64,000 nucleotides of DNA from an uncultured Nitrososphaerota archaeon (lineage in GTDB: Archaea; Thermoproteota; Nitrososphaeria; Nitrososphaerales; Nitrosopumilaceae), in assembly GCA_963824385.1 (NCBI GenBank), contig CAWGPD010000004.1:635944-699943 (forward strand), in the 5' to 3' direction. The position numbers and the translations under genes were made by a program. Below are positions 55,919-64,000 of this stretch, one piece after another (position 1 is the stretch's first letter; the number at the start of each line of letters is the position of its first letter). Below the pieces are notes generated by a model. That model did no database searches. It was given only the letters and a program-made list of their open reading frames with translations, and was not told the origin of the DNA.

Positions 55919-56825
55919 CTACAAATTTTTTATATTTTCTTTTAACCATTCTTTTAACATGGTTTTAGGTTTCCAATCAAGTAATTTTTTAGCTAGATCA
56001 ATATTGGCTTGGCTAAATCTAATATCACCTTCCATAGGCTTTCCATAAATAGGTCCAGATTGTAAACCAGACAGTTTCATAATCATTTCTGCCAGATTCT
56101 TTAATGGAAGTTGCAATACCTGAACCTATATTGATAAAACCATGGTTTGTCTTGCTTTTCATGGCCAAGAAATTTGCATTTACTACATCGTTTACAAATA
56201 CAAAGTCTCTTACTTGTGAACCATCACCGTTTATCAAAAGAGGTTTTGAATCTAGTGCATTATCTATGAATTTTGTTATAACACCAGCATAATTCTTGTT
56301 TTGTCTAGGTCCATAGATATTAAAATATCTCAATCCTATCACTGAAACTCCCAGTTCAGAGTACTTTTTGCACAAGTCTTCAGCATTTAACTTGGAAAGA
56401 CCATATGGATTCAATGGTTTTCTAGTAGCATCTTCTTTAATTGGAATTTTTTTTGGATTACCATATACACTGGCACTGCTTGCAAATATGACTTTGAATC
56501 CATACTCTTTAGCAAGTTTGAGTATATTTTCAGTTCCAGATTCATTTACTTCATGATATTCTTTTGGTTTTTTAAGAGAATCACTTACAGAGGTAAGAGC
56601 TGCATGATGAAAGACACAATCACATTTGTTCAAAATCTTTTGTAGACTAGAATAATTTAAAATATCTACATTATGAAATTCAATTTCCTTTCTGATACTT
56701 TTAAGATTATCCTCATTTCCATTCTTCAGATTATCCAGTACTGTAACTGTTTGATTTTGTTTAACTAGAAATTCTACAAGGTGACTTCCAACGAATCCCG
56801 CACCGCCAGTAACAACTAAATTCAT
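55919..56825 (-). CDS. NAD-dependent epimerase (GalE/WbpP-like; frameshift near 56100)
   Basis: TGGAGFVGSH, SSASVYG, PYGLSK, LRYFNIYGPRQ, RDFVFV. Confidence 0.9.
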
Positions 56826-56865
56826 AACATCATCAAAGTATTGCCATCTTTAAGTTTTGCAAGCA

Positions 56866-57904
56866 TTATTTTTTAGATTTTTGTTCTAAAAGATCAGAGT
56901 ATAATTTCAGATATATCTTGCCAACAACCTTCCAGTCATAATTTTGAACTGTTTTAAATGCATTATCTGCCAATTCTTTTCTTTTCTTATCATCTGACAT
57001 TAATTCAAGAATTGCTTCCAGTAATCCTTGGGGATCGTTGGGTTTTACCAAATATGCATTTTCCATATGACGCAAGGCATCCTTACTTCCACCTGCAATA
57101 GTAGAAATAAGAGGTACTTTGCACGCCATTGCCTCCAATCTAGTATAGCTTAGTCCTCCTTCCATTATTGAAGGCTGAATAACAATATCAGAGCCACGCA
57201 TGATTTCAATTGTTTTTTGTTTTTCTTGATATCCAAGAAAATGGAGATTTTTCTTGTTCTCACATGCTTTTTTTACAATCTCTTCTTCAGGACCACTTCC
57301 CAAAAGTAATAGATGAATATCTTCAGGGAGTTTTTCAGCCATTTGTAGTATGTCCATTATACCCTTTTCTCTTGACATTCTTGCGGCATAGACTATTTGT
57401 TTTTCGTACCTTCTGTCAATACCAGTTGGCAGAGAAGAAATATCCATGGCATTTGGAAGATAGTGTACTGTATATCCCATTTTTGTATAATGATCATACA
57501 ATTCATGTGATGATACTGTTATTGCATCAGCCCAACTCAGACGCATATTTTTCAAAACCTTTTGCCACTTCACCTACTGTATTTCCATGTAACAGTTCTA
57601 TCTGTTCATGATGTACCCCATGCAAAGAAAGAATTTTTTTTGCATGTGCACCTTTTAGTGCAAGAGCAGCAGGGGGATTCTGTGCATGTACAATATCATA
57701 ATTTTTCTTAAATCTAGTCTTTAAAAAAGAAGATATCATAAAACTAGGATTTTTTAATTTTCTAATTGGAATAGTAAATGTATTTTCAGATGATATAACA
57801 TCAACTTGATCTCCATTTTGTTTCAAGAAATTTACCAGTCCTTGAACATGTCTTGCCACTCCACCGATTCCCTGGTATGTTGGAGAAACAATCAGTATTT
57901 TCAA
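56866..57904 (-). CDS. GT4 family glycosyltransferase (frameshift near 57540)
   Basis: GGVARH, KGI, EGGLSYTRLEAMACKVP. Confidence 0.88.
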
Positions 57905-57969
57905 TATACAGAAAATCTACCTCTACTTGTATTAAGTTCTTAGATAGAAAATTAAGAATTAGTTTTTCT

Positions 57970-59634
57970 TTACGACAAGGCTTGTGATGCTTCATGCATC
58001 ATCTGGCTCTTTGCGCAACCAGCTGCAAGCTCGTCACCAGAACCTCTTCTCATTATTCCTCTGTAGAGACCATCTTCAAGTTTTACACCAACTCGCTGTT
58101 CCCATTCTTCTACTGAGATGGAATATTTCTTTTGGATTCTGTCTCTATACCACTCTGGAATTACGTTAAAGGCGCAGAATGGAACAACTCTCAAGTCTGG
58201 TGTAAGATAGTGAATATCACATCTCTGGAGTCTTTCAAAATCTTCATTGTATTTGTCTTGGAAGTGCATCATGCCTAAGAACAAACCTTTGACATGCCAT
58301 GAACCTACAGAATTAAATGATCTCTTCATCAATATACTACCAAACATCTTTGCCAAGTCAAGGCCTGCTGGCTGTTTCTTTTTATCGATAAAGCTTGATA
58401 GTTTTCTTACTACTTCTAGCATGGTAAAGTACTTGTTCTTTCCAGACTTGATCTCTTCTGCCTTGTCTTCAAAGAGTTCTAACATTCCTTGAATGTCTGC
58501 AAATCTTGTTAGTGGTACAAATTTCTTGGTCTCTGCATCTTCAAAGATGTATGTACCTGCACCACATGCAAAGTGGATTGAGAGTTCATACTTTGGTTTG
58601 CTAGAGAATGCTTCAATTACGTTTGTTAGAGGCATGCAACTTGGAACTGGGAACCAGTCATCTACTGTTACTTCACCTTTTGTCTGTTCTTCAATTCTTT
58701 GTATACAGTCTGGTATTGTGATTCTGTATTTTTCACGCTCTTTCTTGCCCATTCTTCCTGTTAGTGATACTGGTTGGAAGTTTACTGCGTGAACAACATC
58801 CATGTTCTTTTGAGCATATCGTATAATTGGACCTAATTCATGGTCATTAATTGATTTGATAACAGTTGGAACAAATACTACAGTAGTTCCTGTCTTTCTA
58901 GCACTTTCTAGTGCATATGGAATCTCCCAGTGATTCTTTGGATTTGTTCTTGGTGTTACACCATCAAAACTTAGATACAAATTATTGACACCTGCAAGTC
59001 TGACCTCTCTCATTGCTTCTGGATTTAGCGCAAATCTGATTCCGTTTGTATTCATCTGAATATGATCAACACCTTCTTCTTTCATTATTTTTATAACATC
59101 AACAATATCTTCTCGTAACATCGGCTCACCACCAGTAATCTGCATAGAGTTTCCTGGAATTGGTCTTTCTGCTCTTAGTGTCTTCATCATTGCTCTTACT
59201 TGGTCTTGTGATGGTTCATACATGTATGCACCCTCAAGTCCTTTCTTTACATAGAAAAAGCAGTACCAACATGTCAAGTCACATCTGTTTGTAACTATCA
59301 TGTTTGCAAGTCCACTGTGAGACAAGTGATTAGAACATAGACCACAGTTGTTAGGACATGAACACTTGTCTATCATTACATTTGGAGCATGTGCACCTTT
59401 TCCATCCATCCAATATGTGCTGAATTTTTTATACATGTCATAAGAGCCAAAATAGAGTTCTTCACATTCTCCGTGTGTTGGACAAGTCTTTGTCATGAAG
59501 ACCTTGCCATCTCTCTCAAAGACCTCTGCATCAAGAATCATGTTACATTCAGGACAGATACTCTGAGTAAATCTTATAGTAGATTTCTTTCCAAAAGTAG
59601 GAGTCTTCTGATTAGATATCTGAATTAGTGCCAT
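57970..59634 (-). CDS. tes: Tetraether lipid synthase (GDGT macrocyclase, radical SAM)
   Basis: N-terminal CPEC...CPTH, CPNNCGLCSNH, TNRCDLTCWYC, HFACG, RCDIHY...VPFC: architecture of the Tes/MJ0619 family. Confidence 0.9.
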   Translation of the reverse strand: MALIQISNQKTPTFGKKSTIRFTQSICPECNMILDAEVFERDGKVFMTKTCPTHGECEELYFGSYDMYKKFSTYWMDGKGAHAPNVMIDKCSCPNNCGLCSNHLSHSGLANMIVTNRCDLTCWYCFFYVKKGLEGAYMYEPSQDQVRAMMKTLRAERPIPGNSMQITGGEPMLREDIVDVIKIMKEEGVDHIQMNTNGIRFALNPEAMREVRLAGVNNLYLSFDGVTPRTNPKNHWEIPYALESARKTGTTVVFVPTVIKSINDHELGPIIRYAQKNMDVVHAVNFQPVSLTGRMGKKEREKYRITIPDCIQRIEEQTKGEVTVDDWFPVPSCMPLTNVIEAFSSKPKYELSIHFACGAGTYIFEDAETKKFVPLTRFADIQGMLELFEDKAEEIKSGKNKYFTMLEVVRKLSSFIDKKKQPAGLDLAKMFGSILMKRSFNSVGSWHVKGLFLGMMHFQDKYNEDFERLQRCDIHYLTPDLRVVPFCAFNVIPEWYRDRIQKKYSISVEEWEQRVGVKLEDGLYRGIMRRGSGDELAAGCAKSQMMHEASQALS

Positions 59635-59765
59635 TCCTTATACGCATATCTTAGGGGATAGTATTTAATCAATTTCCTACAAGACACCAGATGAATAGGT
59701 AGATCCTCTTCATGGAAAAATTTCAATTCTAGACATATATACCAAAAGAGCCCCGATCATATTGA

Positions 59766-60545
59766 ATGAGTCTTTCAGACAAGGCAAGAAAATCATTAGA
59801 AAAGATCGGTCTTACAAGTTATGAAATAAAGACATATTCTTCACTTTTAAAAACAGGTCCTATCACTGCCTCAGATCTAAGTCAGAAATCAGGTGTACCA
59901 TACTCAAAAATTTATGAAGTTCTTGGCACCCTTGAGGAAAAAGGATGGATAGGATCTGATGATTCAAGACCTACTCAATATTTTGCAAAATCACCTGCTA
60001 CTGCAATCCAGACATCAAAGCAACAATTTGAGACTGAATTTAGAAATAATGAAAATATTGTACTCAAGGAACTAATTCCACTTTATGAACAGAGTGGAAT
60101 TAGTGAGAGACCAGACATTTGGATAATTTCTGGTGTGATCAACATAGCTACAAAGATCCTTGAGATGGTGGATTCTTGTAGAAATGAAGTTCTTATTGCC
60201 ATTCCAAAAGTTGCAGAGGAATTGGCAAAGGAAGCTTTGCCAAAACTTAGGCTGTTACATGACAGGGGTGTAGATATTACAATTCTAGTCTCAGAGGATG
60301 TTAATAATGATACACTCAAGTCTCTAGCAAGACTAGCAAAAGTCAAAGTAAAGAAAGGTCTCTTTGGAGGAGGAATCATATCCGATAAAAGATATGTCGT
60401 ATTGCTTTTGGGTGAAGAATTAGGTACTACAGGTACAAAAGAGGCAGTTGCAATATGGGCAGATCATTCAGGTTTAGCAGGTTTTGCTCGGGAATATTTT
60501 GAATATTTACTTAAAGAATCAAAAGACGTAAAATCAAGTAGGTAA
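59766..60545 (+). CDS. TrmB family transcriptional regulator
   Basis: GLTSYEIKTY, SGVPYSKIYEVLGTLEEKGW. Confidence 0.9.
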   Translation: MSLSDKARKSLEKIGLTSYEIKTYSSLLKTGPITASDLSQKSGVPYSKIYEVLGTLEEKGWIGSDDSRPTQYFAKSPATAIQTSKQQFETEFRNNENIVLKELIPLYEQSGISERPDIWIISGVINIATKILEMVDSCRNEVLIAIPKVAEELAKEALPKLRLLHDRGVDITILVSEDVNNDTLKSLARLAKVKVKKGLFGGGIISDKRYVVLLLGEELGTTGTKEAVAIWADHSGLAGFAREYFEYLLKESKDVKSSR

Positions 60546-60556
60546 AATACAGTCTC

Positions 60557-60997
60557 ATGAAAGATCAAGAAGTCCTCTTTGTTGGAACTGCAGAAGCAGA
60601 ACATGTTGAGATGTATCTTAAAGCAATATGGCATATCAAGGAAGCAGGTAATCCTGTCAAAATAAGCACAATTGCCAAGATGCTAAATGTAAGACAGCCA
60701 AGTGTTGTCCAAATGTTAAAAAAATTAAATGAATCAAAACTTGTCAATTATAACAAAAGCGGAGTCTCACTTACTAAGAACGGGGAAGATATTGGATCTA
60801 ACATGATGCGAAATAGTAGATTGCTTGAAGTTTTGATGGATAGTGCACTCAAAGTAGATATTGATGAGGAGATGGTTTGCGGTATTGAACATCACATGAA
60901 TGTACAATTTACAGATGCGTTATGTACCATGTTAAAGCATCCAAGAAAATGTCCACATGATCATGACATTCCACGTGGAAATTGTTGTAAAAACTAA
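60557..60997 (+). CDS. DtxR/MntR family metal-dependent regulator
   Basis: EMYLKAIW, VRQPSVVQMLKKL, RLLE, CGIEHH, PRKCPH. Confidence 0.9.
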   Translation: MKDQEVLFVGTAEAEHVEMYLKAIWHIKEAGNPVKISTIAKMLNVRQPSVVQMLKKLNESKLVNYNKSGVSLTKNGEDIGSNMMRNSRLLEVLMDSALKVDIDEEMVCGIEHHMNVQFTDALCTMLKHPRKCPHDHDIPRGNCCKN

Positions 60998-61037
60998 TTG
61001 AAATAAGTTATATCAGAGATACAAAGTGTTAAAGTAA

Positions 61038-61193
61038 ATGACTTGTTTTTGTGGCTGTGAAACTTTTGTTAAAGACAGTAATGGATTCAAAGTAGGTTGT
61101 GCAAAGTGTAATCATGGTGCTCAAAATCATGAAGAAAGTTTTAAGCTAAAACCATTAGAAGAAGGAGCTCAAAAGCGTGGCTCTTTATCTTAA
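61038..61193 (+). CDS. Small Cys/His-rich protein (51 aa), putative metal-binding
   Basis: MTCFCGCETFVKDSNGFKVGCAKCNHGAQNHEESFKLKPLEEGAQKRGSLS*; below the ORF-track cutoff; TTATAT 30 nt upstream. Confidence 0.7.
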   Translation: MTCFCGCETFVKDSNGFKVGCAKCNHGAQNHEESFKLKPLEEGAQKRGSLS

Positions 61194-61613
61194 TCATTCA
61201 CCAATTACTTTAACAAGAACTCGTTTTGGTCTTTTACCATCAAATTCTCCATAAAATATTTGCTCCCAAGGACCAAAATCAAGTTGGCCTTTAGTAATAG
61301 CTACTACTACTTCTCTTCCCATTACTTGTCTTTTTAGATGAGCATCAGCATTGTCTTCTCCAGTTTTGTTATGTTCATATTTTGATATTGGTTCATGCGG
61401 TGCAATTTTTTCTAGCCATTCTTCATAATCATGGTGTAATCCACTCTCGTTATCATTAATGAATACACTTGCAGTAATGTGCATGGCATTAACCAAACAT
61501 AGACCTTCTTTGATACCACTTTTTTGAATTATCTTTCTTACCTCAGGTGTTATATTCACAAATCCTCTTCTTGATGGAATATTATATGTAAGATATTCGG
61601 TATGCGATTTCAT
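61194..61613 (-). CDS. yjbQ: YjbQ/UPF0047 family protein
   Basis: [37 protein letters not shown]. Confidence 0.92.
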   Translation of the reverse strand: MKSHTEYLTYNIPSRRGFVNITPEVRKIIQKSGIKEGLCLVNAMHITASVFINDNESGLHHDYEEWLEKIAPHEPISKYEHNKTGEDNADAHLKRQVMGREVVVAITKGQLDFGPWEQIFYGEFDGKRPKRVLVKVIGE

Positions 61614-61648
61614 GTCATTAATAGAATCAAATACTGATAAAAATCCAA

Positions 61649-61711
61649 TGCAGGCTCAGAACTCAAGATCCTTCTCATCAAATCAAATGGATATGGTCAT
61701 CAACGCCTGCA
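61649..61711 (-). ncRNA. C/D box methylation-guide sRNA
   Basis: Minus strand: TGCAGGC-G-TTGATGA(C)-CCATATCCAT-TTGA(D')-T-TTGATGA(C')-GAAGGATCTTGAGTT-CTGA(D)-GCCTGCA; 7-bp terminal stem. Confidence 0.85.
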
Positions 61712-61783
61712 ATCAACGATTTTGTTTGTTCCTACTTGAGTCTTTCAAGAAGCTTGATAAAAGGCGGGGCATTGCATACACAA

Positions 61784-62209
61784 ATGGTAACAATCGATGC
61801 AACGTGTTCCCTTGAAAGCTTTAGGAAGTTTGTAATCCTAAGTACTTGTAACTCATTTATTCCTGAAAGTTACATGGAGGATTACGAAGTATTCCCAGAG
61901 CGTGAAACATCTCCAGGATTGATTTACGTAGAGGCTGCAGACAAGGTTACTCTAAAAAAGATTCGTGACATGACTTTTGTAAATGCAAAAGAAGTACTAG
62001 GCATAATTTATTCATCAAAAAGCGGCAATACGAATCTAAAATGGAGACAAATAAGGAGAAACGCGGGCAAAGTAGTGGGAGAAGCTTCAACTAATACGCT
62101 TGTTAACTTGACTGAATCTGGAGTCATCACACAAGAGTGGGTCCAGAATTACCTAAGAAAGAAGGCAGAAGAAAAGAAAGAAGTTAAGACTGACGAGTTA
62201 ACAAACTAG
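61784..62209 (+). CDS. Hypothetical protein
   Basis: Intact ORF, probable start MVTIDAT. Confidence 0.7.
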   Translation: MVTIDATCSLESFRKFVILSTCNSFIPESYMEDYEVFPERETSPGLIYVEAADKVTLKKIRDMTFVNAKEVLGIIYSSKSGNTNLKWRQIRRNAGKVVGEASTNTLVNLTESGVITQEWVQNYLRKKAEEKKEVKTDELTN

Positions 62210-62250
62210 ATTACTTTTCTTTTTTATTATAGTTCCACAGAGGTATTAGA

Positions 62251-63304
62251 TTGATTACTAAAAAAATAGACGATAGTGCTGTTGCGTTAATACCAGAGGA
62301 ATCAGATGATCTCTTTACATTAAGACGTATCATAGGTAAGGGAGATAGAATAGTAGGAGATACTTCAAGAGTCTGTCAAACAAGAAAAGGATTTTTCAAG
62401 ACCAGACAAAGGAGAGAGGATTAAAATCCGTATAGCACTTGATGTTGAGAAAATTTCTATAGATGAGGTGGTAGACAGGTTAAGAATCCAGGGAAATATA
62501 ATGGAATCAGATAATCCATCAGTGAGTAAAGGATCACATCATTCTCTGACATTAAAAATTGGCGATGCAGTTACACTTGTCAAAAAAAGTTGGAGTGAAA
62601 TTGAGAAAAAACTAATCTTTGAAAAAAAAGAACATGGTGCTTTTCTTCTCGTTGCAATAGACACAACTGATTGCGGTTTAGGAAGATTAAGTGGTACCCA
62701 TCTCAAACTTTTGCCCAACCTGTATTCAGGTGCAAGTGGAAAGAGATACAAATCTAAATTTAACATACAAGACTTTTTCAAAGATGTTCAGAGTGCAATT
62801 TCAACTTTAATCAGAGATGGAGATAGTATAGTAATATTTGGACCAGGAGAGACAAAGAAAAGATTAGCAAATTTTCTTGCAGAGGTTCCATCCATTAAAG
62901 GACATAAAATACAAGTAGTCGATGCAATAGATTCATCTGGTGAAGATGGAATTTACACTTTTATTAAATCTGACATAATGAAGCAGACTTTAGACACCAG
63001 TAAGATTGCAAAGGTTTCGGCCATACTAGATGAGATAATGCTACGAGCCAATAAGAAAAGTACTAAATTCACCATGGGATTTGATGAGACCTCAAAGGCA
63101 AATGACCTAGGTGCTGTAGAATCACTAGTATTTTCAGACAGGATATTTGAGAAACAGGATGAAGACAAAATAATTGAATTTCTCAACCAAGTAGAATCCA
63201 AAGGTGTTGAAGTTTTTGCAGTAGACTCTACTACAGATGCTGGCCTTAGAGTCTCATCTCTTGGAGGTGTAATTTCTCTTCTCAGATTTGCTCCTCAAAG
63301 TTGA
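62251..63304 (+). CDS. pelA: mRNA surveillance protein pelota (frameshift near 62373)
   Basis: PEESDDLFTL, RLRIQG, GSHHSL, FGPGETK, GAVESLV, LGGVISLLRF. Confidence 0.9.
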
Positions 63305-63601
63305 CTCTTCAAGCCATTTCATATACGGCAAATTGACATTATCCATTTTGAGCTCTACTATTTCGGGTACTTCATATGGATGAGTTTTTGCAATAATATC
63401 CTTGAGTTTTTGTTTTGAGTCGCTAGTAGTTTTGAAAAGTGCTAGAAATTCAGTAGTATCTTGAATTTTATTTTTCCAAGTATAAACTGAGTTAATTTTA
63501 GTATAGTTTACACAAGCTGCTAATTTTTTTTCTACTACAATATGTGCTATTCTAGAAATCGATTTTTTGTCAGGATATGTCGAAACTATCACAATTCCCA
63601 T
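63254..63601 (-). CDS. cutA: Divalent-cation tolerance protein CutA
   Basis: KLAACVN, SVYTWK, KT, HPYEVPEI. Confidence 0.92.
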   Translation of the reverse strand: MGIVIVSTYPDKKSISRIAHIVVEKKLAACVNYTKINSVYTWKNKIQDTTEFLALFKTTSDSKQKLKDIIAKTHPYEVPEIVELKMDNVNLPYMKWLEESTLRSKSEKRNYTSKR

Positions 63602-63645
63602 AGCAACTGATAAATTTGCCCTAACTAAAAAGAGTATCAATTAAT

Positions 63646-64000
63646 TTGGCTTTTGAGTTTTTGACGCACAATTCTATCATCTATGTTTTGATTGCATGGG
63701 TTGTTGTATTTGTAATTGCAAAAGGCTTGAAACTTGACAAACACGGTTTTGAAATAAAACCATACAGTTTGACCTACAAGAACCCAAATGTCCAATTAAT
63801 ACTCACAAGAATTCTAAATAGAACCCAGCGCGCAACTCGAGTTTTTGCCAATACAAGTGTAGTTTTAGGTTTTGTGTTGATGGGAGCGGCATTTTGGTAT
63901 CTAGCATCAAATCTATCAAACTTTTTTGTAAAGCCAGAATCATTTGCAGCGATGACTGTCCTAATACCAGGTGTTACAATTCAATCAAGTGCAAATATTG
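63646..64000 (+). CDS. Probable site-2 protease (M50) N-terminus, partial
   Basis: TTG 63646 MAFEFLTHNSIIYVLIAW...MTVLIPGVT; the IPGV motif precedes HExxH in archaeal S2P, but HExxH itself is outside the window. Confidence 0.6.
   Translation, partial: MAFEFLTHNSIIYVLIAWVVVFVIAKGLKLDKHGFEIKPYSLTYKNPNVQLILTRILNRTQRATRVFANTSVVLGFVLMGAAFWYLASNLSNFFVKPESFAAMTVLIPGVTIQSSANI

Larger units (their letters stand above)
7268..57904. other. Cell-surface glycosylation / nucleotide-sugar biosynthesis island (~50 kb)
   Basis: Contiguous run of sugar-nucleotide enzymes, glycosyltransferases, methyl/acyltransferases and a flippase between housekeeping mtnA and tes; mixed orientations; no integrase seen. Confidence 0.9.

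Noticed and set aside
61612..61815. 67-aa plus-strand ORF
   Set aside because: It is antisense to the C/D box sRNA, overlaps the next gene out of frame, and has no protein features.
3293..63201. Numerous short ORFs antisense to or overlapping well-supported genes (e.g. 3293..3490, 9908..10231, 47956..48342, 58493..58792)
   Set aside because: Shadow ORFs with no recognisable motifs.
62251..63304. Pseudogene or programmed frameshift in pelota (also npdG and pgi/pmi)
   Set aside because: These are conserved core genes with a single indel and no slippery-site/structure signal seen; they fit the window-wide error pattern.
1..64000. CRISPR arrays, IS elements, rRNA
   Set aside because: No regularly spaced repeats, terminal inverted repeats with a transposase, or rRNA-like sequence were seen by eye.

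Overview
AT-rich archaeal DNA, most consistent with an ammonia-oxidising thaumarchaeon (Nitrososphaerota, Nitrosopumilales/Nitrosotalea-like). This rests on the F420-linked enzymes, tetraether synthase Tes, pelota, TrmB, an archaeal tRNA-Arg, a C/D box sRNA and TATA-like boxes ~25 nt upstream of start codons. Housekeeping flanks (1-7.2 kb and 58-64 kb) enclose a ~50 kb cell-surface glycosylation island. The island holds two separate nonulosonic-acid (NeuABC-type) modules, a Gmd/ColD/Fcl colitose-like route, dTDP-sugar genes, an MBOAT/SGNH O-acylation pair, many glycosyltransferases and a flippase/GT-C fusion. Many genes, including core ones, carry single-base frameshifts that are probably sequencing or assembly indels, so I merged split ORFs. 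The most striking observation is a three-gene cassette present twice in the island: an unannotated ~61-67 aa peptide ending SGAxGSFMxxRSxKxDDELGL(D/E)(E/Q)L, a Maf/DUF115-like protein with a possible ribbon-helix-helix N-terminus, and a cobalamin-binding radical SAM enzyme. One copy lies beside each nonulosonate module. Other points of note are a C/D box guide RNA predicted to methylate C34 of tRNA-Leu(CAA), a membrane protein with two AmoC/PmoC-like D-x3-H-x12-H motifs, and a 51-aa Cys/His-rich protein after a DtxR-family regulator. All product calls come from motif recognition by eye; no searches were run.
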